Shown: positions 1 through 11,574 of the stretch, piece by piece
How positions within the stretch are numbered: position 1 is the stretch's first letter
How the letters are laid out: every line of letters begins with the position of its first letter
Assembly: GCA_002269645.1 (NCBI GenBank)
Contig: NIVC01000442.1
Location: forward strand, 30,767-94,766
DNA from: Macrostomum lignano
Taxonomy: Eukaryota
Length of the DNA: 64,000 nucleotides
Direction: 5' to 3'
Notes under the pieces: generated by a model
Seen by the model: the letters and a program-made list of their open reading frames with translations, nothing else
Told to the model about the DNA's origin: nothing
Databases searched by the model: none
Position numbers and translations under genes: made by a program

Positions 1-199
1 TGAGCTCATTTTTGATCATTTGATTGACAGCTTAACGAGAGTTGACAGATTTTTAACGATACTTAGCACAGGTGTTGACTAGGCTGCCATAGGTGCCAAC
101 TTGGAGTCATGTTGCTACAACTGAGCCACTGAATGGGGTCTCGATCCCAATTGGTTTTAATTAGATTGGATTTCAGTAACTACATTCCAAAAGATCTAA

Positions 200-700
200 C
201 TAATATCGATCAGCTCAAACTTCAATAGATCAAATATCGATCAGCTCAAACACGAATAGATCAAATATCGATCAGCTAAAACTCTAATGGTTCAAATATC
301 GATCAGCTAAAACTCTAATGGTTCAAATATCGATCAGCTCAAACTCCAATAGATCAAATATCGATCAGCTCAAACACGAATAGATCAAATATCGATCAGC
401 TAAAACTCTAATGGTTCAAATATCGATCAGCTAAAACTCTAATGGTTCAAATATCGATCAGCTCAAACTCCAATAGATCAAATATCGATCAGCTCAAACT
501 CCAATAGATCAAATATCTATCAGCTCAAACTCAAATATCGATCAGCTCAAACTCCAATAGATCAAATATCGATCAGCTCAAACTCAAATATCGATCAGCT
601 CAAACTCCAATAGATCAAATATCGATCAGCTCAAACTCCAATGGTTCAAATATCGATCAGCTCAAACTCCAATGGTTCAAATATCGATCAGCTCAAACTC
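200..700. repeat. 31-bp tandem minisatellite (TCAAATATCGATCAGCTCAAACTCCAATAGA and variants)
   Basis: Unit recurs with 31-bp period (e.g. 230, 261); about 15 copies, some shortened. Confidence 0.95.
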
Positions 701-1014
701 GAATATAAAACCCATTACACTTGCAGACCTTACACACTCCATGCAAAGCAGATCAAGAGCTTACCCTATAAGCCAATATGCCGAGTCACCGAAGTTCGCA
801 ATAGCAGATCTGCACAGTTGGCGCCGGTCACAGTCTGGCCATTCTCAGCTGCTAGCTTAATAATTTATGCATGCGGTAGGGCTCAATGCTGGCAACAAAA
901 ATAATCACAGGAGCAGCCAGCCAGCTGGGCCAGAAAGGCGCGACAGGCCAGTTGAAACAAATTTTAATTGCCGAAGCCGCGGACCCACATAATTGGGCGG
1001 CGCGTCACCCAATA

Positions 1015-1873
1015 CTGTGTGCTGCTGTGAACTGTGTGCCACAATGAGAGCATTACCCTCTCTGCTGCTGTGAACTACCACAATGAGAGCATTACCCTCT
1101 CTGCTGCTGTGAACTGTGTGCCACAATGAGAGCATTACCCTCTCTGCTGCTGTGAACTGTGTGCCACAATGAGAGCATTACCCTCTCTGCTGCTGTGAAC
1201 TGTGTGCCACAATGAGAGCATTACCCTCTCTGCTGCTGTGAACTGTGTGCCACAATGAGAGCATTACCCTCTCTGCTGCTGTGAACTGTGTGCCACAATG
1301 AGAGCATTACCCTCTCTGCTGCTGTGAACTGTGTGCCACAATGAGAGCATTACCCTCTCTGCTGCTGTGAACTGTGTGCCACAATGGGAGCATTACCCTC
1401 TCTGCTGCTGTGAACTGTGTGCCACAATGGGAGCATTACCCTCTCTGCTGCTGTGAACTGTGTGCCACAATGAGAGCATTACCCTCTCTGCTGCTGTGAA
1501 CTACCACAATGAGAGCATTACCCTCTCTGCTGCTGTAAACTACCACAATGAGAGCATTACCCTCTCTGCTGCTGTAAACTACCACAATGGGAGCATTACC
1601 CTCTCTGCTGCTGTGAACTACCACAATGGGAGCATTACCCTCTCTGCTGCTGTGAACTACCACAATGAGAGCATTACCCTCTCTGCTGCTGTAAACTACC
1701 ACAATGGGAGCATTACCCTCTCTGCTGCTGTAAACTACCACAATGGGAGCATTACCCTCTCCGCTGCTGTAAACTACCACAATGGGAGCATTACCCTCTC
1801 CGCTGCTGTAAACTACCACAATGGGAGCATTACCCTCTCTGCTGCTGTAAACTACCACAATGGGAGCATTACC
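1015..1873. repeat. 43-bp/39-bp tandem satellite (CCACAATG[A/G]GAGCATTACCCTCTCTGCTGCTGT[G/A]AACT[A|GTGTG])
   Basis: Period 43 at 1161/1204, switching to a 39-bp variant after ~1480. The same 39-mer continues between the LTR fragments and at 6890-7345. Confidence 0.95.
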
Positions 1874-2003
1874 GCAGGAATCATTATATATTTGGGGGTC
1901 GCGACTCCGACAACCCCACCTCATAACCGATAGGGTGTACATTGCAAAGCGTTACTAAACCCACCCAATCACAATCAGCCAGACAAGCAGAGTACACTTC
2001 ACA
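1874..2003 (-). mobile_element. Truncated solo LTR copy 1 (130 bp) of the adjacent Gypsy element
   Basis: Near-identical to 6759-6889 of the full LTR; flanked by 39-bp satellite on both sides. Confidence 0.9.
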
Positions 2004-2170
2004 GGAGCAATACCCTCTCTGTTGCTGTAAACTACCACAATGGGAGCATTACCCTCTCTGCTGCTGTGAACTACCACAATGGGAGCATTACCCTCTCTGC
2101 TGCTGTGAACTACCACAATGGGAGCATTACCCTCTTTGCTGCTGTAAACTACCACAATGGGAGCATTAAC

Positions 2171-2300
2171 GCAGGAAACATTATATATTTGGGGGTCGCG
2201 ACTGCGACAACCCCACCTCATAACCGATAGGGTGTAAATTGCAAATCGTTACTAAACCCACCCAATCACAATCAGCCAGACAAGTAGAGTACACTTCACA
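2171..2300 (-). mobile_element. Truncated solo LTR copy 2 (130 bp)
   Basis: Same boundaries as copy 1 (GCAGGAA...CACTTCACA), followed by GGAGCAATACCCTCTCTGTTG, the same junction as at 6890. Confidence 0.9.
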
Positions 2301-2636
2301 GGAGCAATACCCTCTCTGTTGCTGTAAACTACCACAATGGGAGCATTACCCTCTCTGCTGCTGTGAACTACCACAATGGGAGCATTACCCTCTCCGCTGC
2401 TGTAAACTACCACAATGGGAGCATTACCCTCTCTGCTGCTGTGAACTACCACAATGGGAGCATTACCCTCTTTGCTGCTGTAAACTACCACAATGGGAGC
2501 ATTAACGCAGGAAACATTATATATTTGGGGGTCGCGACTGCGACAACCCCACCTCATAACCGATAGGGTGTACATTGCAAATCGTTACTAAACCCACCCA
2601 ATCACAATCAGCCAGACAAGCAGAGTACACTTCACA

Positions 2637-2650
2637 TCACTCCCACCCAA
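2637..2650 (-). promoter_or_regulatory. Polypurine tract of the Gypsy element
   Basis: Minus strand reads TTGGGTGGGAGTGA immediately before the 3' LTR start TGTGAAG. Confidence 0.8.
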
Positions 2651-2879
2651 AATCGAACCGAAAAAGAACTACAAAAATGGAGTAGCAAAATCTCAATGAG
2701 CAAAAATTCGAGTAGCAACAATTCGAGTAATAAAATATTATAATTTAAACGAAACCACAGCGACTCGCGCACATTTTAATATTTAGAAAATGAGGCTGTT
2801 GAGTTTTGAATACTAGCAAATTGAAGGACACGTACACGGACCTAAAACTGGGCCTCAAAAGAATCAGGCGGCGTTCGGT

Positions 2880-4340
2880 TCCTCCCAGACAGCCGAGGCT
2901 GGGCAGCCTACGGCTCCTCGAACAGCTCCTTCCAGTCCTGCCGCAGGTCACCGTCGCCGTCCAGTCTCTCCGGGCGACTGTCGGGAGGCGGAGTCGGCTC
3001 AGGCGGCGGGCCCGCCAGCTGCGGCCGCCGCGGGGTGAAGGCCTTCAGGAGGTCGTGGTGCACCACCGAGCTCGGCAGCCGCCCGGTGCGCTTGGAGATG
3101 CGCTAGGTCACGGGCCCCAGCTTCTCCAGGACTCTGTAGGGCCCCATCCACCGCTGCTGCAGCGCCTTGCTCTGGCCCTTCCGCATCGCCGTGTTGCTGA
3201 GAAGCACCAGCTGGCCCACTCGAAGCGGCGTGAGGTTGGCGCGCTTGTTGTACTGCCGCTTCCTTGATGACTGGGACGCCAGCAGGCGCACGTGCACCAG
3301 CTGCAGACCACCTGACGGAGCTGCAACGGAATGACTGGCTCGCCGCTGCGCCTGATGATGCCGCCGTCGTCGATCTCCAGCCGCTCAGCCGCCATGATGC
3401 CTGCTGCCTCGACCGCTGGCCTGCCTTGCCGCGGTGTCTGCCCAGGAGCTTTAGAATGGCGTCCAGCACCGCATCGGCATTCTGTGCGTCAAAGATGCCG
3501 CTGGTGGTCCAGGGAGGCGCCAGCCGAGTCGCCGCTGCCCTGCTCAGCGCATCCGCCACGACGTTGTCCTCACCAGGTCGGTAGAGCAGCTTAAAGTTCA
3601 CTTCTTGGAGGGTGGTGATCCAACGAGCAAGACGGCCTTCGGGCTCCTTGGTGTTCAGCAGACCCTGCAGCGGCTTGTGATCGGTGAAGACCAACACGCC
3701 GCTCGCCGAGGCCAGGTAGTTGCGAAAGTGCTTCATCGCCCACACGATCGCCAACAGCTCCCTGTGAGTAGTTGCGCTCGGCCTTGTTAAGCACTCTCGA
3801 GGTGAAGGCGACTGGGCACTCGACACTTGTTGAGCTTGTTGAGCTTGAGACCGGCCGACTGGAGCCTCTCCAGGACTTTCTCGAGCGTCTGTTACATGGC
3901 TGTCGAACGTTGAGCTGAATAGGATCAGGTCGTCCATCCATCTAGGTGAGCACCTCCGTCCAGTTCATGCCGCACATGGTCAGGTCCATGAGACGCTGGA
4001 AGGTTGCCGGTGCGTTGCACAATCCGAACCCCAGCTTCTTGTACTGCATCAGACCCTGGGTTCTGTAGAAGGCGGTCTTCTCGCGGTCCTTCTCCCTGAT
4101 CTTCACCTGAAGAAAGCCCTGTCGGAGATCCAGCCTGCTGAACCAGCTACTCCCCGTCAGCGCGTCCAGGGCGACGAACAGCGGAGGCAGCGGGTAGGCG
4201 TCATTGATAGTGCACGCGTTAATGGCTCTCCAGTCGGTACAGATGCGAATGTCGTGATTTTTTTTCGAACAACAAGGAGGTTGCTTGCCCACGGGCTGCA
4301 CGATGGCTCGATGATGCCGTGACGCCGCATCTCGCTGATC
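2880..4340 (-). pseudogene. Gypsy pol remnant: RT core, RNase H and integrase C-terminus; frameshifted and deleted
   Basis: RT motifs SPWAS..RICTDWRAIN..DAYPLP..LDLRQGFLQV..KTAF..FGLCNAPATFQRLMD. The YxDD region is broken by TAG plus a 4-bp ATGG duplication at ~3937-3945. RNase H RELLAIVWAMKHFRNYL..TDHKPL..RLARW..DNVVADALSR. Integrase tail GQLVLL..WMGPYRVLEKLGPVT. No integrase HHCC/DDE core seen. Confidence 0.9.
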
Positions 4341-5365
4341 TTGTTTGTAGAGTGTTATACCTCCCAGAAACGTTATAAAATTTTTTTAACATACTACTTA
4401 TACATTTTTATTCAGTAGTAAGATAAGTAGCATGTATAATATCAAGTACTGAATCACAAGTATATTTTAGTCAACCAATCACAAGTAGAGAGTAAAGTCA
4501 AAACATGTTATTTTTATCAACCGACCAATCATGCGTGACCTACAATTGGCAGTTCAGACCCCATCAGCAATTCATCATTCGGTCTGCACCGAATGAACCA
4601 ATCAAAAATAACCCAGCTACGGTAATCAATCATGCGCGTTTTCAGTAGACTTGTTGCTTAACTTTCTAGCCTTTCAAGCCTGACAGCAACCAAAGTGTGA
4701 CCCTTTGACATTTAAGAAAATGTACCCAACGACCTCGCGAGGGGTCCGATTCTCTATCTATACAAGTGGTCCGGAGCGGACCGGAGCCTCAAGATTTTGC
4801 CTTGCAGAAGGAAGAAGAGCTCCGAAGAAGAAGTCATAAAAGGACTTTCTTCAGACCAAGTCAACCAGGACTCAGGTTAAGTTATTTGCGGTAAGCCTTG
4901 CTCATTTGCGCCAGGTGTTTGAGTCGACTCATTATAATTGCTGTGTTTGAGTCTATTGAGACTCCATTGGTCGTAGTCTCCAGAAGGACTACCCTAATAG
5001 CCATTAGAAGACTATCAGTGAATACGGGAGCTATACCTAGGGTGCATTAAGACACCGCTAGAAGGAGAAGGCTTATTGAAGCCGCAAAGTGGCGCAGGGA
5101 TCCCCATTTGTTAATACGAAGCTTCTGATTGGTCCGAACGACAGATACCGGCCGGAGACAACTTCGTTGGAAGTAAAAAGGAACCTGGACCAGAACAACT
5201 AAAACAAGACGTATGAACTGATTGAAACCGAGAACTACGCACCGGAAGCGCTCTACTGATCAGGACTCAAGGTAACAGATACCTTCATTTGATTACTGGG
5301 TTGCCTAGCAGTAGCTAGAAGTGATTGTTCCTTGATTACTAAGAAAGTCTTGGTGGTAGGAACAC
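4341..5365. mobile_element. ~1,025-bp non-coding LTR-like insertion interrupting the Gypsy RT N-terminus
   Basis: Flanked by ATC at 4338-4340 and 5366-5368; removing it restores ...ADDM-ISEMRRHGIIEPS. TGTT...AACA lies one base inside each end; several ACCAATCA boxes and a TATA-like motif. Confidence 0.75.
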
Positions 5366-5730
5366 ATCATGTCGTCCGCCGGCTGTCGGAAGCTGAGGGG
5401 GACCGTCCGCTGCCGCTGCTTGATGGGACGGCTGCCGGGCTCCAGGTTGATTTCATGCAGCAGCAGAGGTGTTGTGCCGAGGTCGAACTCGTAGCTGGCG
5501 AACGATTTCTCGTGCTGAAAAAGCAGATGCTCTACTCTCTCTCTGTCAGGATCGCTGAGCGCCGGGTTGATGTTGAAGTCAGCATCCTCGCTGTTGCTGC
5601 TGCCGCGCTCCGCGAGTTCTGCCGCATCGAAACTGCCAATCGCCTGATTCTCGTACAGCATCACTGGGTCGGCACCCAGGTTGCAGATGCCCACGGGCAG
5701 GCCACCTTCAGTGCTGGACACCGCGAGCAC
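5366..5730 (-). pseudogene. Gypsy pol remnant: post-protease linker and start of RT
   Basis: FNINPALSDPDRERVEHLLFQHEKSFA..DLGTTPLLLHEINLEPGSRPIKQRQRTVP is a typical pre-RT segment; no protease D(S/T)G motif seen upstream. Confidence 0.8.
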
Positions 5731-5784
5731 CCTGTTTGATAGCAGCTCCGTCTTGTCAGAAGTCAGAGTTCGGCTCGAAAACGT

Positions 5785-6657
5785 TCACCAGTCCTCAGCA
5801 GTTTTCCGAAGCCGGAGTTGGACAGGCTTCGGTGCGGTGCCCTCTGCCCGAGCAGCGGTAGCAGGTGATCTGGGGCGCTGAAGCGGACTGTCGGCTTGGG
5901 CATTGGGCGCAAAGTGGCCAGGCATTGACCAGTTGAAGCACTTGCCGCGGCCACCTCTTCCTCGAGCGCTGCCACTGCTTCGACTGCCGCCTCTTCCTCC
6001 TCCCTGCTGTCCGCCGCGCATACCGATGGTGGCGACAGTGGCGGCCAGCTCCGTCAGCTGCTCCTATATCCGGCCCAGCTGGTCTGCCATCGGGTTGCTC
6101 GCTGTGGTCGCCGCTACGCTGGCCATCGCTCCCCTGTTGCCATTGATGCTCTCCAGCGCTGTGGCACGGTCAGCCACCGTCTCAGGACTGATAGTGTTGC
6201 AGTCACATTGCTTCAGCAGCGATTCCCTGATGTCCTTGGGAACAACGCCAGTAGCCCGGTGACGCAACTCGCAGTCTCTCACTTGCTGGCTGTGGTCCGG
6301 GCGTGCCTTACGGTACAGCAGCTTCAGTGCGAAGCACAATTCCCGTAGTTACTCTCCTTGGCGCCGTTTTCTAGTTTCGAAGTCAGTCATGGCGCGGAAG
6401 GTGTTCTTCTTACTGCCGTAGAAGGCAATCAGCGCCTGTTTGATGCTCTTATAGCTTGCTTTCTTTGCCCCTTCAAGCTCCCATACGAACACCAGCGCCT
6501 CTCCCGTCAGCAGCAGCTTAATCTTGGATGCACTTTTGCTGTCATTCCACTCAGAATCGTTGGCGAAATCTTCAAACATCTGCAGCCACATATGGATGTC
6601 AGAATCTGCAGAGCCAGAGAACTTAGTAGGTAAGAGTGCGCTGAGTTGCTTGTCCAT
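5785..6657 (-). pseudogene. Gypsy gag remnant with in-frame stops and a degenerate zinc knuckle
   Basis: MDKQLSALLPTKFSG..WLQMFEDFA..W..KIKLLLTGEAL capsid-like segment; stops after RQGE and LGRI; RGG-rich tail then KCFNWSMPGHFAP (decayed CCHC). Confidence 0.85.
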
Positions 6658-6695
6658 GATTTAGCAAAACTAGGCTGACTGACTGACTGAGTCAT

Positions 6696-6706
6696 CGCTG
6701 CCACCA
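6696..6706 (-). promoter_or_regulatory. Primer-binding site TGGTGGCAGCG (complementary to the 3' end of a tRNA-Leu)
   Basis: One base after the 5' LTR end (...CCTTACA-T-TGGTGGCAGCG); complementary to CGCTGCCACCA, the 3' end of eukaryotic tRNA-Leu(AAG/TAG-type). Confidence 0.8.
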
Positions 6707-6889
6707 ATGTAAGGCAGGTAGTGCTGGAACGATACGGTCTTGCAAACTGCAAGGACGCGCAGGAAACATTATATATTTGGGGGGTCGCGACTGCGACAAC
6801 CCCACCTCATAACCGATAGGGTGTACATTGCAAAGCGTTACTAAACTCACCCAATCACAATCAGCCAGACAAGCAGAGTACACTTCACA

Positions 6890-7345
6890 GGAGCAATACC
6901 CTCTCTGTTGCTGTAAACTACCACAATGGGAGCATTACCCTCTCTGCTGCTGTGAACTACCACAATGGGAGCATTACCCTCTCTGCTGCTGTGAACTACC
7001 ACAATGGGAGCATTACCCTCTCTGCTGCTGTGAACTACTACAATGGGAGCATTACCCTCTCTGCTGCTGTAAACTACCACAATGGGAGCATTACCCTCTC
7101 TGCTGCTGTGAACTACCACAATGAGAGCATTACCCTCTCTGCTGCTGTAAACTACTACAATGGGAGCATTACCCTCTCTGCTGCTGTAAACTACCACAAT
7201 GGGAGCATTACCCTCTCTGCTGCTGTGAACTACCACAATGGGAGCATTACCCTCTCTGCTGCTGTGAACTACCACAATGAGAGCATTACCCTCTCTGCTG
7301 CTGTAAACTACCACAATGGGAGCATTACCCTCTTTGATGCTGTGC
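6890..7345. repeat. 39-bp tandem satellite, right part of the array
   Basis: About 11 copies of the same 39-mer as 1480-1870. Confidence 0.95.
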
Positions 7346-8089
7346 CGTTTCAAAGCAAAAAAATCATATTTGTTATTGTGCTGAAGATCTTGAACGTCAG
7401 TCAGGCTTCTGATTATGATGAAAGGGAAACCATCGGAGTCTGAAATCGAGCTGCGCGTGAGCACTGATAACCAAAACTTTTGAGCTGCTAATTTCAACAT
7501 CTAGGATGTTCATGGACACAAGGGCAAAAGTTTATTGGACACTATTCTTTTGGTGCTTATGTTCGATGCCTTTAGCAGAGAAGGCAATGCTCAAGAGCCT
7601 CAGGCTGATAATACCTGCTCGCCGAGCAAGTATATTTTTGGTCTATTGGTCGCACTTGGAAAAGAACAAGCTGCACTTCAGGCAGGAACTTTAGCCGCAC
7701 AATTCCAACACCAGGAATGAGCAGGCGTACTGGTCAGCATTAGCGAATTCTAATTAAATTAATTCTCTGCGGACTCTACTCTACGGCAAGGCTTACCCTA
7801 TATGGGTCTTACTGACTCAACAGCATCATTGAATTAATTTGCAAGGCTACTTACTGTACGGGTTATGAGTTAGTTGTGTGTGTACTCTTATGTGCTCAGG
7901 CGTCAGCGAAATGGGCAAAATAAAGCATAAATTTCGTTGCAATTCAATAAGAACTGTAAAAACAAACAAGAGCAGTTTAATTTAAGTGAAACCTTTATGA
8001 AAATATGAAGAGCCGTGAATTAAAAACAACAGAATGCAGGAGTAGGGGCTTTAAGAAACCAAGGATTAAAAACTGAGGATTGAAATAAA

Positions 8090-8990
8090 CAGACAGAAAG
8101 AGAGTTGACACACGGATAGAGAGTAGAGACACACGGATAGAGTGGACACACGGATAGAGTGGACACACGGATAGAGAGTAGAGACACACGGATAGAGAGT
8201 AGAGACATACGGATAGAGTGGACACACGGATAGAGAGTAGAGACACACGGATAGAGAGTAGAGACATACGGATAGAGTGGACACACGGATAGAGTGGACA
8301 CACGGATAGAGAGTAGAGACACACGGATAGAGAGTAGAGACATACGGATAGAGTGGACACATGGATAGAGCGTAGAGACACATGGATAGAGAGTAGAGAC
8401 ACGCGGATAGAGTGGACACACGGATAAAGAGTAGAGACACACGGATAGAGTGGACACACGGATAGAGTGGACACACGGATAGAGTGGACACACGGATAGA
8501 GAGTAGAGACACACGGATAGAGTGGACACACGGATAAAGAGTAGAGACACACGGATAGAGTGGACACACGAATAGAGTGGACACACGGATAGAGAGTAGA
8601 GACACACGGATAGACTGGACACACGGAGACTGGACACACGGATAGAGTAGAGACACCCGGATAGACTGGACACACGGATAGAGAGTAGAGACACACGGAT
8701 ATAGAGTAGAGACACCCGGATGGGAAGTAGAGACACCCACACCCGGGTGGAGAGTAAAGACACCCGGATGGAGAGTAGAGACACCCGGGTGGAGAGTAAA
8801 GACACCCGGATGGAGAGTAGAGACACCCGGATATAGAGTAGAGACACACGGATGGGGAGTAGAGACACCCGGAAGGAGAGTAGAGACACCCGGAAGGAGA
8901 GTAGACACCCGGAAGGAGAGTAGAGACACCCGGATGGAGAGTAGAGACACACGGATGGAGAGTAGAGCCACCCGGATGGAGAGTAGAAAA
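8090..8990. repeat. Compound 18/23-bp minisatellite (GAGTGGACACACGGATA.. / AGAGTAGAGACACACGGATAG..)
   Basis: Alternating short and long units drifting to a CACCCGGATGG variant; explains the long low-complexity ORFs 7995-9034. Confidence 0.93.
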
Positions 8991-9489
8991 ACAAGGGTAG
9001 AGACAGGCAGATAGACAGAGTTTACTCTCCGCATTATTGTAATAACTGTTATATCAAAGTCCGATACACTTTAGTGAGACGAAAGGCGCCTCAAAGCCGT
9101 TCTGAAATAATTAATGAAGGCAACTCATTGTATATTTAGGCCACAAAATCTCATATTACTGAAAAAACTGGGAAGTCAGTCTGTAACTACAGATGAAAAA
9201 GCATAGATCTCTCTGAGGATCTAACAATCAACTACAAATACATCAGTTCGTGATTAAGGCAAATCCGCGGTCAAATTATAAATTTTGTACACAATTCGAA
9301 TTTAATACTAATAAAATCAATAATTTGTCAGGTTTGTGCTAATGCATAAAAATACTCGTACAAGAAATTAAACAAATAATTATAGTATAGCTTCTTGCAG
9401 CCCATCCGGGCCCACGCGCACTGAATTTAATCCAAGATACGTCTGTCAAAGTAACGGAGCTCTTGTCCATGGCAGCAAGGCTGGCACAG

Positions 9490-10128
9490 CGGCATTTAGT
9501 TTGGTCTAACAAGCATCAATTTGGTCCAACAAGCATCAATTTGGTCCAACAAGCATCAATTCGGTCCAACAAGCATCAATTTGGTCCAACAAGCATCAAT
9601 TTGGTCCAACAAGCATCAATTTGGTCCAACAAGCATCAATTCGGTCCAACAAGCATCAATTTGGTCTAACAAGCATCAATTTGGTCCAACAAGCATCAAT
9701 TTGGTCCAACAAGCATCAATTCGGTCCAACAAGCATCAATTTGGTCCAACAAGCATCAATTTGGTCCAACAAGCATCAATTTGGTCCAACAAGCATCAAT
9801 TTGGTCCAACAAGCATCAATTCGGTCCAACAAGCATCAATTTGGTCTAACAAGCATCAATTTGGTCCAACAAGCATCAATTTGGTCCAACAAGCATCAAT
9901 TCGGTCCAACAAGCATCAATTTGGTCCAACAAGCATCAATTCGGTCCAACAAGCATCAATTTGGTCCAACAAGCATCAATTCGGTCCAACAAGCATCAAT
10001 TTGGTCCAACAAGCATCAATTTGGTCCAACAAGCATCAATTTGGTCCAACAAGCATCAATTTGGTCCAACAAGCATCAATTCGGTCCAACAAGCATCAAT
10101 TTAATCCAACAAGCATCAATTTGGTCCA
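9490..10128. repeat. 20-bp tandem repeat TTGGTCCAACAAGCATCAAT
   Basis: About 31 near-perfect copies at 20-bp period. Confidence 0.97.
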
Positions 10129-10129
10129 A

Positions 10130-10560
10130 ACGCTCGTGAGCCATTGGAGAAACCCCTGCCCCCTCGCAACCGTCTGCGGGTTGTTGCGTACCGCTGGGAT
10201 GTCAGCATCTCTCTACCAACAATTTTCAGTCGCTTTTCCAGAGCTCTGCTGATGGTCGAAATCTGATAACCAACCGGAACTGTTCCTTCAACTTCTGCTG
10301 CATTTCTGCACTGTCAACAAAAGATTCGTCTCAACTGCATTGAGTAGCAGTTGGACCGGAGGCTCTCGCAACTTGCCTTGGCGATTGCCACCCCTTTGCA
10401 GGCAATCTCTGCCGGCAGAGTTTCAACGCGCTGATGGATGCTGTAAACCATCTTTTCTTTTACATTCAGCAACCTCGCAATGTCCTTTGGGTGTTCACCT
10501 CTGTCGAGTGCTTCGATCACAAGCCAATGGCATTCGTTGGCACAGCACATGGTCCACAAT
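10130..10560 (-). mobile_element. Tc1/IS630-like transposase remnant (N-terminal HTH region), frameshifted and truncated
   Basis: IEALDRGEHPKDIARLLNVKEKMVYSIHQR (HTH), then in shifted frames LLTVQKMQQKLKEQFRLVI and IPAVRNNPQTVARGQGFLQWL; cut off by the 20-bp array. Confidence 0.65.
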
Positions 10561-11574
10561 TCTGGGGCTGATCTTGCTCCTCCGCAGCAGTTGCAAATGA
10601 AGCTATGGACCAAATTGATGCTTTTTGAAATGCCGCTGTGCCAGCCTTGCTACCATAGACAAAAGCTCCGTTACATTGGCAAACGTATCTCGGATCAAAT
10701 TCAATGCGCGTAGGCCCAAATGGACTGCAAAAAGCTCTACATTTTTCTCAGCCAAGTTGATAGTTATGCCAATCAAGTTCAGAATTCTCCTTCTTGTGCT
10801 GATGTCTATGGCCGAATCATCAACTTGCTTGGCCTTTTTTCGCCGTCAGTGTTTTTTGTCTATGGGCAAGACCAAATCTGCTGCTGATAAATGCAGACTC
10901 TATTATACCCCTAGATTGCGCGAAAACCCCGGGGTTTGAGACTGTAGCTTTTACTGCTCTCAAGCATTAGCAGCAGCGGCAAGTGTCTGTGGCGCTAAAC
11001 CCCGGGGTTTTCAGTGCCTCGGAGACGGCCGCTCAACTCTACCGTTAAGGGCTTATAGCTTTCTCCTAGGCTCAATTAGCTTGTTTAATTGAGTTGTGAG
11101 CTTATAGTAGTTGATAGAGCAGTGCTCGGGCTTGTCTTTTAGACACAGGACAGAGAGACCAGCAGGCAGCTTTCGAAGCAAAAAAGTAACACAAGGATTG
11201 AGAGAGCAGATCATGGAGAATAGCATGCACCGTTTTTAGGCAAAATACCTTCTATATACTACTGAATACTAGCGTTTCAAAAGATAATGGCACTGAATTA
11301 TTGGACAAAAGCAACGTCAAAAATGGTTTTATGTTAAGCTAATCTGATAAACTTAGATTGCTACCGGTTCGCAGGTTGAAATTAATGGACTCTACGGATA
11401 ATAAATAAAAATAATAAAATTCACATTTTTAACTGTGTTATATCATACTTCCCAATTAGATTCAATTATACCGCTTTCATAGCAGCTGGTAGGATCAATT
11501 ACTGCTGAGGGGATGAACCCCCCCCCCAGAAAGGCGTCGATCACTCAGTCTCAGGATGAGATCAATTTAGGAGT

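Larger units (their letters stand above)
2507..6889 (-). mobile_element. Ty3/Gypsy LTR retrotransposon, internally deleted and non-autonomous
   Basis: Full 5' LTR 6708-6889 (182 bp, TG...CA); PBS 6696-6706; gag, RT, RNase H and integrase C-terminal fragments in Gypsy order; PPT 2637-2650; truncated 3' LTR 2507-2636. Confidence 0.93.

Noticed and set aside
870-1015. Possible exon (GAASQLGQKGATGQLKQILIAEAADPHNWAARHP) continuing after the satellite at 7345-7720
   Set aside because: No recognisable homology, and stops occur shortly after the array; cannot be supported without a database search.
1015-2640. Repeat/spacer-like alternation resembling a CRISPR array
   Set aside because: The repeats are head-to-tail with no unique spacers, the interspersed segments are identical LTR fragments, there are no cas genes and the context is eukaryotic.
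7995-9034. Three overlapping ORFs of 284-324 aa
   Set aside because: They are translations of an 18/23-bp minisatellite, open in several frames with no domain. The same applies to the ORFs at 1436-2575, 9463-10252, 17784-18193, 18611-19003, 21938-22633, 25407-26021, 27524-28271, 28506-29297, 35997-42369, 44073-44608 and 45479-46141.
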